NCBI GenBank assembly: GCA_951406725.2
Contig: OX597825.1
Span: 85,808,001 to 85,872,000 of the forward strand
Direction of reading: 5' to 3'
Source of the DNA: Octopus vulgaris
Lineage: Eukaryota
DNA: 64,000 nucleotides
Below the pieces are notes generated by a model. It was given only the letters and a program-made list of their open reading frames with translations, was not told the DNA's origin and ran no database searches. Shown here one piece after another: positions 14,022-27,209 of the stretch. Both the position numbers and the translations under genes were made by a program. Numbering within the stretch: position 1 is the stretch's first letter; every line of letters starts with the position of its first letter.

Positions 14022-14301
14022 ATACATGATGTATAGGGTACACCATAATCAGTCATACACTGATTACTTTCACTTAAAATGGATAAAAAAAGAGAATGAT
14101 CGCTCTCTCATTCAATCTCTCCTTCTCTCTCGATATCTTTCTATCTCTAAATCTAGCTAACTCTTTCCCTCTCTTCATTCATCCCTGTCTTCTTATATAA
14201 AACACATATGTGTGCGTGTATGCGCGTGTGTTTGTGTATGTATGTATGTATATACACGTATATATGTCTTTATATATGTATATATATATATCCATATGCA
14301 C

Positions 14302-14332
<31 letters not shown>

Positions 14333-15611
14333 CGTACGTACTCATTTCCGTTTATATGTCACTATATATCGATGTGTGAGTGTGTGTAGTTATATTTAGA
14401 GAGCACGTTCCACTATCCTCGGAGTAAATGATCATTTTTGTTTCCCCACCTTTTCTCTGCTTCGCACCTTTTATTTCTCTATCTATCTATCTATCCATCT
14501 ATCTATCTATCTATCTATCTCCCTCATTCTCTCCCTATCACACACACTCTCTCTCTCTCACCCTCTATCTATATATCTCCTTATTTATCTCGTTCTCTGT
14601 CGTTTTATCTATCTGTCTGTCTATCTATCTATATCTTTCTCTGTCCTATTCTCTCTATTCCTCTAACGTATATGTGTGTATGTGTGTGTGTGTGTGTGTG
14701 TACACATACAGAGGGAAAGAGAGAGAGAAAGAGGCAAACTTAGAGTGAGGGAGAAAGATCTGTTGTGTACTTACGAGATACAACTCATTCAAAGAAGGGA
14801 ACACAAAGCATTTCCAAAACTAATAATTATGTATTGTGTATATGTGTGTATATATGTGCAAGTGTGCTAATTACGCGTGTGCATCCATCCACCCATGTAT
14901 GTGTATGTACATATAGGTGTGTGTGTGTGTATACTTATATGTATACTTATATGTATACATATATGTACATGCATATGCACACATGCATAAATACATACTT
15001 AAATGCACACATACACAAAATGTGTACGTATAAGTTTATATGTTTGCAGATTTAGAATGGCCGTTCGCCATCTCGATCTAATGTCCATTGGCATTTCCAT
15101 ATTACCTATTACGACAAATAATTCACCGAGATCGAATTTAAATCTTGCTTTATTACAGACGAATTCTCTTTATTCTCTTTATATTCCATCGATTTCAAGA
15201 GGCGCATTAATGCATCATCGATGCGAACAATGACGTTTCCGTGCTGACATTTCGCCCGTCATGTCAATTAACTGTCAAACCTCATCGCGATAAAATGATT
15301 TGGACAAGAACAAAACTTACATTAGTTTTTCGTTTTATTTATTTGTCTATTCTTAGAAATGACTTTCATATATCGATTATTCGCAATTTGATCTCGAAAA
15401 TAAAACTATTTAACTGAGTCGGCCATGAGTTACCTGCCTGAATGGGTAAGAATATGGAAATCGATGAAATTGGTGACGGTCTGAGCAAACGGCAGCGGTT
15501 TGGTTTGCGGGAGACTTCGTAGTTAAGACTGGATGAACGCAGAAGGGGAAGAGAAATGGAGAGAATGGGGGATACAGAGAGGGAGTGTGTCACACAGACA
15601 GATAGGCAGAC

Positions 15612-15665
<54 letters not shown>

Positions 15666-15941
15666 GAAGGAAGGAAGAGACTGGTGTTATCGCTCTCTTG
15701 GGCGATGACTAGTGCCTTTAGTCATCAGTAGGGTCCTAAGGTTCCTTGAATGGCCCTAGTAGGGGGATATCCCGTATGAGAACGACTCAATCATTCATGT
15801 CTTCCCATCCCTTTCATATTCTCCATACTTTCATCTCGTTTCACCCTCTTTTTCTTTTTCCTCATCTTTTATGTAAATTCTCACACAAATTGTTAACTGT
15901 CCAGGTAATGACCGCATATGATTCCCCTGTGGAGAAGAAAA

Positions 15942-15943
<2 letters not shown>

Positions 15944-16007
<64 letters not shown>

Positions 16008-16009
16008 CA

Positions 16010-16100
<91 letters not shown>

Positions 16101-16102
16101 CA

Positions 16103-16176
<74 letters not shown>

Positions 16177-16183
16177 GTTATTA
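15944..16183. repeat. (TTA)n microsatellite
   Basis: Directly visible. Confidence 0.95.
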
Positions 16184-16189
16184 TTCATT

Positions 16190-16620
16190 TTTATTCTCGC
16201 TGTTCTATTTACGGTTGTTCTTTACTTGAAAGCAGGCAATAACAAATCACCAAAGGTTTCAAGTATTGCCTTCTCCTGTGACAATACTCTCCTTAGAATG
16301 CGAGCTATACCCAATTTCTACCGGTATTGCAAGAACTTGTAATTGGTGCCATAGCTTTTTCTTCCTTCAGTTGGTGCAATAATTCCTCCCAATATGCCCT
16401 AGTCAATTGATGTACAACTAGACATGAGGGAAAATTTAATCCGCATCTTAAATTCTCATAGAAAGTGATAACAATTTTTCCCTTCGTCCTCTTTTCAGTT
16501 ATCTCCCCCTGTGTCAAAGGAACACCGTTAGGTTTCACAAAGTTCTCCTACCTCCATTTTGTTTTCCTTGCAAGTGTGATGGATTCTTTCTTCGTTTAGC
16601 GTTGAGGAAAGCTTTGTCTT
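16190..16620 (-). pseudogene. Decayed 3' end of an R4/Dong-like REL LINE
   Basis: Minus strand gives ...KLWHQLQVLAIPVEIG and GIARILRRVLS, the C-terminal pattern seen in the other copies here. It abuts (TAA)n. Confidence 0.5.
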
Positions 16621-17076
16621 CACACAACGGCTATTCGAACGAGTCGCAGGATTTGGAATTATGTAAGATCATCACTGTTGTTGTTGCTGCTGCTGCTGCT
16701 GCTACTACTACTGCCGTTGCTTTTGTGAGTATTTGAAGCATTTTCTTCTATTAATTATTCGTATTGTTAATTTTCTTCTTCCCTTTTACATTCAATTGTG
16801 TGTTGGTTTTGTGTTGTTTTTTCACCCATCGTATTATTTTGTTGCGTAGCATAATCCTGTGTGGTCGCCATTTTAGATGTGAAAATGTTGCCCTACACCC
16901 GGGCGTAAGGAGAGAAAACCCTCCTTAGACAGTTGTAACTTTTTTTTCGAGCTTTTCAGAAAAATGATTTATTTGGTGATGCTTGAAGTGAAACATGTTT
17001 TGAAGCGAAAATCAAAAAGACATCTTCACTCTACGCGTCAATAATGATGACAACAACGACCATGATGACGATAGAG

Positions 17077-17140
<64 letters not shown>

Positions 17141-17151
17141 TGATGATGATG

Positions 17152-17232
<81 letters not shown>

Positions 17233-18264
17233 TTAATAATAATGTCTTCATTTTGCCGGCACATTTTTCTAATTTTAACAATTCTTTGGTGTTTTGTCCA
17301 AAAATATTTTCTAATGAAAATTTTTTAAACTAAAAAACACCTCAAGATTTCTCAAGAGATGCCAATTCTTTCATCGTTTATCTTTTCTTCTAAACTTCCC
17401 ACACACACACACTGACACATATATACACACACGTACATACACATACAAACTGACACACACACTCGCTTTAATCTAGAGACAACATTCAAAAATCCTTTTT
17501 TTTCCAAATCTTTTTAATAGTTTTTATAGGTTTTGTTCTAAAACCATCTTTGTTTCGTTTTATTCCTTTGTTGTTTTTTTTTTGTTTTTTTCTATGGCTA
17601 CATTTGTATCGGAGTTTTTCGATTTTACGGTGGAATGGTCACAACAGAACTCTGATCCTCATTAAAGAATTACTGTTGTTGTCGAAATAATTCTTGTTAC
17701 CAGAATATTTATTTCTATTCTTCACACTGGAACTTGCAGCATCTTTCAGAGATTTCTTTGTTTTTCTTTTCTTTACTTTTTCGTGTTCACTTTTCATAAA
17801 TTTTTTATTATTTTTTCTTCTACTTTTATTGGAAAACTTGACATGCAGAGATGATGTTAAAATCACAGAGATATTGGGAAAATAATACCAGCGCAACCAC
17901 AACCACCAAGCCACCATCAACGCCATCAGCACCACCACGAATACAAACACTACCGCCAACACACACACACCATCGGCTTCACCGATACCACCATCCTCAT
18001 CATTCTCTCCACACATATTTGCCAATTTGTAACCAACATAAAATTCCTCTACTCAATCGCTTACTGATGCAAATAAGGGCAAAAGATGCTTCAGATCATA
18101 TCCTGCTGACTTTAAAACAGAAAAGTAATGGAGACATTGTTAAACAAAAACAGAGGGTGGTCATCGCTAGAACATCTTTAATGATAGAACATACTAAATC
18201 AGAGTTGACAAAGGGTTAAATAACAAAAGCAACAGGGTCACTATTATTATTATTATTATTATTT

Positions 18265-19860
18265 TCATTTGCATCTTCTTTCAATTCGGTTTCCATTTCT
18301 TGCCGAGTGTCTTCCTGACACCTAGGGCAGAGAAACGTACCGTAAACATTGGTAGACCATTAAAACAAGCACACCACATTGTTCACTTAGAGAGTCATGT
18401 GATAGAGAAAAAGGTGAAGACAGAGAGAAAAAGGAAAAAAAATTTTAATAGAACAGTAAACAAATAAAGGTGGGGAAGAAATTTCACAGCGACAAATCTC
18501 TTCTCAATATGTGTGACGTACCAGTTGAGATAATCTTTTACATTTCCTGCAGGGATGGTAAGCTAGGGATCATTCTTAAATAATTTTCGGTTCCTTTTTT
18601 AATCATTCCAAGTGCTCATACAATCACTGGTATTGTAACCATCTTGAGATGCCACATCTTTTCCATTTCGATTAGCAAATCTTTATATTTGCTGAGCTTA
18701 TCAAATTCTTTTACCGAGATATTATGGTCACAGGGTGTTCTCATGTCAATCAATAAACAGACTTTATTGTTTTGGTCTTTCACAACAACATCTGATTTAT
18801 TTGCTTTGATGGTCCAGTCTGTACATACTGGGAAATCCCAAAGAATAGTTACATTTTTTCCCTCGGTTACAGCCTCAAGATGGTACGTGTACCATTTATC
18901 AGCAGTTTTGATTTTATAATGCCGACATATTATCCAATGTAGATATTGGCCAAATCAGTCATGTCTTGATTTCTACTCTACAGGTGCTAAAACCTTACAT
19001 CAAGAGATTAGCTGATCCACTATTTTTATTCTATCGTTGCAGTATCGGAACTTTTGGTCTTTACCATTTTTATCAGATTGGTCTGATAGTTCCGGGTCAA
19101 TAAGCTCTGATCTTAGGAAGCCAAGATAGATCCTTCACTCTCTGCCTTTAACCCTGAGCTCCATAACCACTGATGGGTGTGCTTCTGGTTTACATCAGCT
19201 TGTTTGCTACGGGTCACATATTTGCCATGCAAGGGTTTTTGTTCTCACCTATCAGCCAATTGTTCAAACGCATTTTGCTTTGCTATTGATTTCACCTTCT
19301 TTGCAACTACAGTTGTTGCACTTCCCTCATGCTGTTCAACCTGGGTATTACGCATAAACTCACTTGAAATGTTTTTGCTCTCCTTCATGACAGAATGAAA
19401 CTTCTTACGTCTCTCGTGGTTTCCAACGAGCTTTAGCATCCAATCCTTAAATGTTTCAAGATATTTTGCAAATCCAGTTGTGGTGGTTTTGTAGGAGATT
19501 TCAGAATTGGGTCAAGCCTCGACCTTCTTGAGCTCTGGGTAGGTAAAGACGATCTGCGTCTGCCTTTGGGTGGTGCATCTTATTGCAAGTCAGCAGCTTA
19601 CGGATTTTCCTGCCAATCCAGTTCAACACATTGAAACTGTAAATAACAACCGGAAATGCTAAGGAATTTATGGCTAACACTTTGTTACGTGCATTTAACT
19701 CATATTTCAGAACTGCTCGAACTCTCCTGTAACCCTCCTTCCTGATCTTCTCTCTCATACTCACATGCTGAATGCCAGAAACTTCATTTATTCCGGGGTA
19801 TTTGTAAGTTTCTTCTTGCTCGAGTTCTTTTATGACTGTCAACATCCAACACCACTGAAT
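18265..19860 (-). pseudogene. R4/Dong-like non-LTR retrotransposon, 5'-truncated and decayed (RT thumb, CCHC knuckle, REL endonuclease)
   Basis: YKYPG...LNARNKVLAINSLAFPVVIYSF...RKLLT...HHPKADADRLYLPRAQEGRGL; LHGKY; a knuckle-like segment near 18990-19050; KEFDKLSKYKDLLIEMEKMWHLK...IPVIV.ALG. Ends in a (TAA)n tail at 18243-18263. Confidence 0.85.
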
Positions 19861-19879
19861 GTGAGGTCTTCAGTTTATT

Positions 19880-20455
19880 ATCACAATTATGTTTGACTTT
19901 TGCTTTGTATTTGTACAAGTAGGCTCCAAGTCTCACACAGAGACCTCAAGAGACAAGTTAGAAGTTCATGTTGGTGTTATGCCTGGGGTGCCATATATTT
20001 GGTTTTTTTTCATAGTATTGTTCTAGTGAATGTTTAAGAAAACATTAGAAAATTATGAGTTCGTTTAAAAATTTGGGATTACAAAGTCAGTATTTTACGT
20101 ACGAAATGGGCAGTTCCTAGAAACACTATCTTTTGAATTTCTGCCATTTTCAGGTTTTCTGGTATCTGAGCTAGGTAACAATCAGCCCCTTTTGCTATAA
20201 TTCCTAGCGTACCTACGACAACAGGTATTGTTTTAGTCTTCAGGTTCCACATTTTACTAATTTCTATTTCAAGATCTTTATATTTGCTCAGTTTTTGATA
20301 TCGATTGGGAGTCATATTAATGAGGAGGCAGGATTTTTGTCTGAAGTCTTTCAATATAATGTCTGGCCTATTTGCAACTATCTTTCTGTCAGTTTGAATG
20401 GTGATGTTCCAGTGGAGTGAGATGCGGTCCTTTTACGAGCACTGAAGGTGGTTTG
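19880..20455 (-). pseudogene. REL endonuclease C-terminus of an R4/Dong-like LINE
   Basis: ANRPDII...KLSKYKDLEIEISKMWNLKTKTIPVVVGTLGII...EIQKIVFLGTAHFVRKIL. Confidence 0.85.
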
Positions 20456-20497
20456 TATTCCCACCATTATTATGATTATTATTATTATTATTATTAT

Positions 20498-20568
<71 letters not shown>

Positions 20569-20589
20569 TTGTCCTTTTAACTCTCAGGG

Positions 20590-21120
20590 CCCTTGATTTT
20601 ACTTGCTCCGGTTATTTCTTTAAGAGCGAACAGGTTCCTGTTGTCAAAAGTCTCACAGGATCTCTTTCCACGATACTTAACACCCAAGTACCAATTTCAA
20701 AATCCTTGCTGTCCCCAACAGATCAATTCTTTTAGTTTTCTCTACTCTCATGCCAATTGCAGTTTCTCTGACATATTTCTTAAACGTGGTTCTAAATGCT
20801 CCCAGTGCCCTTACAATTACTGAGCTGAAAGTTACTCTCTTCATTGCCCACATTCTTGCAATTTCGTCATTTAGCAACTTGTATTTTCCATCCATCTTTT
20901 CCATCCCTGAGAATAGCAATATCTATGATTTTGGTTGTCTTCTTCCTTTTGTCCACTGCAACAATGTCTGGTCTCCGAGCATCAATTAGTGAGTCACATT
21001 GGGTTGTAAAATACCACAAGATCTTATATCTATTATTCTCCGTAACACATTCTGGTTCATGTTGGCACCACTTCCGTGTTCTTTCAAGACCGTACTTCTC
21101 AAACAATCTCCATTGAACAA
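20590..21120 (-). pseudogene. REL endonuclease C-terminus of an R4/Dong-like LINE (different subfamily)
   Basis: HEPECVTENNRYKILW...DARRPDIVAVDK...IIDIAI...KYKLL..EIARMW...LLGTARILKLVL, with frameshifts. Confidence 0.85.
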
Positions 21121-21687
21121 ACTTTCAATATTTCTACAAGTTCTATCTCTAGTGACTAGCCTCCGCGTTTCTTCTCAAATTTTTTGATAAACCATTTCTT
21201 TCCAGAAATAAAACATTCTTGAACATTTTTTTCGTTAACATCACTGTCCTTCGGAATTTCAAGTTGGCTACTAATCTAAATGGTCCTACGAACAATAAAA
21301 GTAGTAAACCCTCTCCTCATTTTTTTTACCTCAAATATATAATCAGGTTTAAACAGTAAGAAAATACCCGAAATGTTTCTAGAGTTTCTTCCCTTGAATA
21401 TCTTCTTTTAAAAACAAATAGAAATCGCCATTAAAGAATTCCATAAATTACTTTTGCAATATTTCATTTCTGCATTTTATTTTATTTTCATTCCATTTCT
21501 TATTTGTTCTCTCGTAAAACTGAGCTTTAAGTTCCAAGAAACTGGGAAACATCTATCTTCCTGCATATCATTGTCTATCTATTAACCTTTCCATTTATTT
21601 TATCTCTTTACCTATTTAACCGCCCACTTGCTCTTCTCTCTCTTACTCTGTCTCTCCACTTCTCTCCATGTCTTTCCTTTCCCTCTC

Positions 21688-21757
<70 letters not shown>

Positions 21758-21899
21758 CTTTTATATATTAATTCCTGAGCATTCCCTTCCAACGACTATC
21801 TGTCATTCTAAGCCAGTTCACCAATAAATTATGTTTTTAATAACGTTTGCCAATAAATAACAATGTTTATTTTTAATGTTACCGACACTTCCTTTTCTT

Positions 21900-21963
<64 letters not shown>

Positions 21964-21989
21964 CATCATTATTATTATTATTATTATCA

Positions 21990-22092
<103 letters not shown>

Positions 22093-22993
22093 CATTATTA
22101 TTAATCTTCTTAACCTAACCAGTTGGCCTCCATGGAATTACATTTAGATACTGGAAGGAGTCCCTTGTGTAAAACAAAATTCTATTATAATTAAACTATT
22201 ACCGTCTTCGGCATAACGCTCGATGAGCCTTAACCAAATCTTTAGATATTTGCCTCAACACATCAATACGACTACACGATTCTAGTCAACTGGAAATTAA
22301 CTGCAAATATATAAAGACGGACATTTTTTACAAATATTTAACAAACTTCTTGAAGTTAGTTTTCCACACTGATTTTTTTATTTTCCTTTTAGTAATTTTC
22401 TGTTTTTTATTTGTATTTTTTATTTGTATTTTTCATTTGTAATTTTATTTTCAATATTTTTTATTACTGTTTTTTTTTATGCAATTTCTCTCCGTTTCAT
22501 GAGGAGGAATCGTCCAATTTCTTGCTTCGATGATTTGCTAACGTAATCCAGGGGTAAAATTCCATAATTGACTTTTAAACAGATTAGTAAAACGCTTTTC
22601 CAATCAATTTAATAGTGCTTGTTATTGCCGGATTAACCCCCACCCCCACCCCCACCCACACCCGCCACCTCACATTTTCGCACACACCCCCACCCCCCTT
22701 CATCGTCTTCCGAACAAAATTTAAACAAAATACTTGATGAACTAACAGAATGAAAAAGAAAATGGCAAATTTGATTCTGTTTCTTGGAGATTCTTACTGA
22801 GACACAGAGACAGAACAGGGCTGAACTTTAAGCATGAATCATGTCTTGGGAATATAAAAAAAAAAATCTGATCTCCATGTTTGGTGGTGGAAGACTCTTT
22901 CTGCAAGAAATCAATATTCTCTCTCCATTTATCAATTTAATATTATCGTTATTATTATTATTATTGTTATTATTATTGTTATTATTATTGTTG

Positions 22994-23030
<37 letters not shown>

Positions 23031-24029
23031 CATGCACACACATTTACAAACACACACACGTATGTACATATGTATGTAATTATGTATGCATGCAAGCAGG
23101 TATATATATATATATATATATACACATACCCACATATATCATACATATACATACTCACATATATCATACATACATATGTGTGTATGCGTATATATTGTAT
23201 ATCTACATACAAATACACATATGTGTGATGTGGTGTATGTATATATAACTATATATACACATATAAATGTGTGTGTATCTATATATATATATATATGTTT
23301 AAATACATACACTCACACAAGCATGTATACAAGCATACATGCATAAAAGAATATACAATACATGTGAGTACATATGTGTGTGTGTGTGTACATGCATGTA
23401 TGGTAAAACAGGTATGAGTATGTAAAAAATACACACACACACACACACACATAACACGCACATGCCATCACATATAATATACGTTTCTATGTTTGTGGTG
23501 ACTAAACAGAAAAAAATTAAAAGAAACAATATATTTATCGTTCTTTAATAAATATATATGGAAGGCAAGAAGAGCATATAATTGCTATTGAAAGCAGATT
23601 TGTGTTTTCGTAATATAAGCTGGTAACATATATCTTCCTGTGATGTGCAACACATTAGTCAAACTGAGTGTGAATGTAGACATCGCTGCCTGTAACAATG
23701 GGTGGAAATATTCGACTCTTGCCCACACTCTGTAAGCTAGAAGCTGTTTGTTTCTTATGAATTTAAATTACATATAAGCATTTAAATACATTGGTACACC
23801 TATGAACACAAGCACACATTTGTACCCACACAAATGTACATACAAGCATAAATATATACACACACATATATATGTACAATGTGTGTGTGTGTGTATATAT
23901 GTATATATGTATATACATAGACAAATTGATAGATAGACAGAGAGACAGACAGACCGGCAGATACATAGTAAGATAGAAAGACAAAGAGAGAGAGAGAGAA
24001 AGAGAGAGAGAGATAAACAGACAGACTGA

Positions 24030-24034
24030 CAGAC

Positions 24035-24092
<58 letters not shown>

Positions 24093-24133
24093 GTAGGTAG
24101 GTAGGTAGGTAGGTAGGTAGGTAGGTAGGTAGG

Positions 24134-24200
<67 letters not shown>

Positions 24201-24237
24201 GTAGGTAGGTAGGTAGGTAGGTAGGTAGGTAGGTAGG

Positions 24238-24336
<99 letters not shown>
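24030..24336. repeat. Compound (GATA)n/(GGTA)n microsatellite
   Basis: Directly visible. Confidence 0.95.
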
Positions 24337-25420
24337 TACTCGATCCAGTGAGAGATAAATATTTAATGTGCACAGTATACAGATACAAGCTACAGATAGT
24401 TTCTTGCTGTGAAGACACGTATCTATGTAGGTTTTTAGAACATGCGTTGTGTCTCCAAGCAATCTTTAAGCACAACGCATGGTCTGTTCGATTTGAATAT
24501 CAAAATGTTGGTATCTGAGTAATCACGAGAAAAAAAGAGGTGGATGCAAAAGGTGGGAGGATGAATAAAAAGCGAGAAAAGAAAAGGAAAGAAGAGTACT
24601 TCATTCAAAACATTCTTTCCAGCAACAACGCAGACACATCATCACCAGATTCAGTACCAATTCCAGTATTGAGATACAAACAGCACCACTTATGGAAACC
24701 AATCAACACCATAACAGATCGATGAAGAAATCCCAGAACAGATACACCAGCGACACACTACAACAGAACCATCTTCATCGGAACAGATCACAAACACCAA
24801 AATAGATCCATCAGCACCAGAATAGATTCGCCAATCAGTGCCATTGCTTCCACTACCATTTCTAACAGAACGACAAAAGCAGTTTCACTGAAATAGAGTT
24901 GGATATAGTAATTTCACAGAAAGAGACCAAAATACAGAGATTTGAAAAAGGGGGATTTCCGAGAGAAAGAAAAAGAGATAGGAGGAGCGAGAGAGCGTGA
25001 GACCGAGAGAGAGAGAGAGTGACTAAAAGAGAGCGAGTGTGAGGGAAAGGAAGAGGGAGAGACGGAGATGGGGAGTGGTTTATCTCGCTTCGATAGAATA
25101 ATTGGTCAAATGTTAGAAAATTAATTGCAAAGAAAGAATTTCAAAGATAAAGGAAGGATGACAGGGAATAGAAAAACCAAATATTAAGATTAATGATGGA
25201 ATTGGGGTTTAGAAAATGGATGCAGCCTATGTGACTTTGAATGATGTATCCTTTGGTGCACTTGTCACTCGGTGCCAATTTAAGACCATCTTATAGAAAC
25301 CGATACAGAATATCCAGAAAATTATTTGACTCTACAAACTGTAGAAAAAACATTTCGATTAGGTTCTCCCGGTATTCCTTTAACTCTTTCCTTTGATGAA
25401 GATTTATTAGACAATATGCA

Positions 25421-25570
25421 AGGTGCAGGCGTGACTGTGTGGTATGAAGTTTACTCCCCAAGCATAGGGTTCCGGTAAGGTTCCGGGTTCTGTCCTACTG
25501 CATGGCAACTTGAGAAATATAACTTTGGGCCGACCGAAGCCTTGTGAGTGGATTTAGTAGACAGAAAAGT
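25421..25570 (+). mobile_element. SINE family C, 5' fragment
   Basis: ggtgcaggcgtgactgtgtggt...ggttccgggttc...gggccgaccgaagccttgtgagtggatttagtagacag, as at 29492. Confidence 0.65.
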
Positions 25571-25802
25571 GTTGCTGAAGAGGTCACAGATATATGATGA
25601 AAGATTTCCGGATATTGGACAGGCGTTAAAATAATAAAATAACAGTAATAAACGAGTAAAAGAAAATGTATCGATAGTGCGTGTGTTTATTTTGCAAAGA
25701 AAAAATAATAATAAATGAAGTGACAATCCCGAAATACAATATATGTTACAACACAGGATTTCACATCAGGAATCTTGCACAAAACGAATTAATAAACGTA
25801 CG

Positions 25803-25914
<112 letters not shown>

Positions 25915-25977
25915 TTATATAAATAAGGATAAGATCGATATTTAAATATCGACCTTATCAAGTGGCATATAGCTATA

Positions 25978-26076
<99 letters not shown>

Positions 26077-26101
26077 GTGGGGGGGGGGGCTATCACAGTG
26101 T

Positions 26102-26160
26102 ATTCCACTGATGAAGGCAGACTATCCCTTACGCAAAGTCAGAAGTCCAGGATCTGGAAT
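26102..26160 (+). ncRNA. Hammerhead-like motif with GAAG variant core
   Basis: 6 bp stem I attcca/tggaat; CTGATGA; imperfect stem II gact/agtc; GAAG instead of GAAA; stem III tcc-a-gga; ATC triplet. It lies just after a (TA)n tract. Confidence 0.45.
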
Positions 26161-27149
26161 TATCCAGTAATTTTTTTTTCTTTTTGCTAGTTTATTTTGT
26201 CTCTTTGTCTTCTCTACTAGTGCTATATGAACATTTAATGTTGGTTTCAGAGTCAAGTTTTGAGTGCTATTTTCAGCGTGGTGGTATCTCTTAGATACCT
26301 TAAATTATAATATATATATGTATACACACACACACAAACATTTATTTGCTCTGGAATATATTTTCGTAGATAAGTTTGGTGACACAATCTGCGTTAAGGA
26401 TTATGGACCTCAACATCGAAAAATTTTCCTACAATTTTCAACAATTAACGTCATGACTCTCTTCGACTTTCATTGAATAACATCACTAATATAATCTTTG
26501 TATGCAACTCGTTTTGCCTTGAAAGACAGACTGAAAAAGAAGTTCGCCATCTTTATTTGGAGGCCAAATTATTCGATGTGCGTCATTTCAGCGATGATGC
26601 ATTTTTATCAGATGCCGAATCTAAAGACTTGTATATCCATTTGGCTGAGTTCCTGCTTGAAATAGTTTCAAGGAATGTATTGAACCACCACTAAACAACA
26701 GGCGTTGCCCATCTGTTGTTGCCATTACTGTTTATGATATTCACATCAAGTTTTAGTAAACGATTTACTCATCGGAGAATTCTGTTCAGTTTTTACTTTT
26801 AGATTTCCTCACTGAATCCAAATGCGTGCAGTGATGCTGAAGTACTTTTAAATTCCATTCCTGAAAATATACGGAATGGTCATGGGTTGAGCGGCTTTAA
26901 TTGCAGCAGTGCGGGTTCGACGTTGGCTTCGGACTAAACAACAACAACAACTAGAGGATGGATAATGAACAACTAAACCTTACTGATATAAAGGTTTACC
27001 GCCTTAAATAAAAGAATATTTGATGGGGTGATCATGGGTGGAATGTGCTTGATCGTTGGTGTGACCTGATAGTTTGGCAGCGCAGATCACGGGTTAAACA
27101 AACAATAGGATTAGAAGTCAAAGTCACCTTTGAAGTTACCCCTCCACAC

Positions 27150-27209
<60 letters not shown>

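Noticed and set aside
24540-24870. Possible coding exon in non-repetitive CA-skewed sequence
   Set aside because: Stops in the frames examined, no recognisable domain and no clear splice pair.
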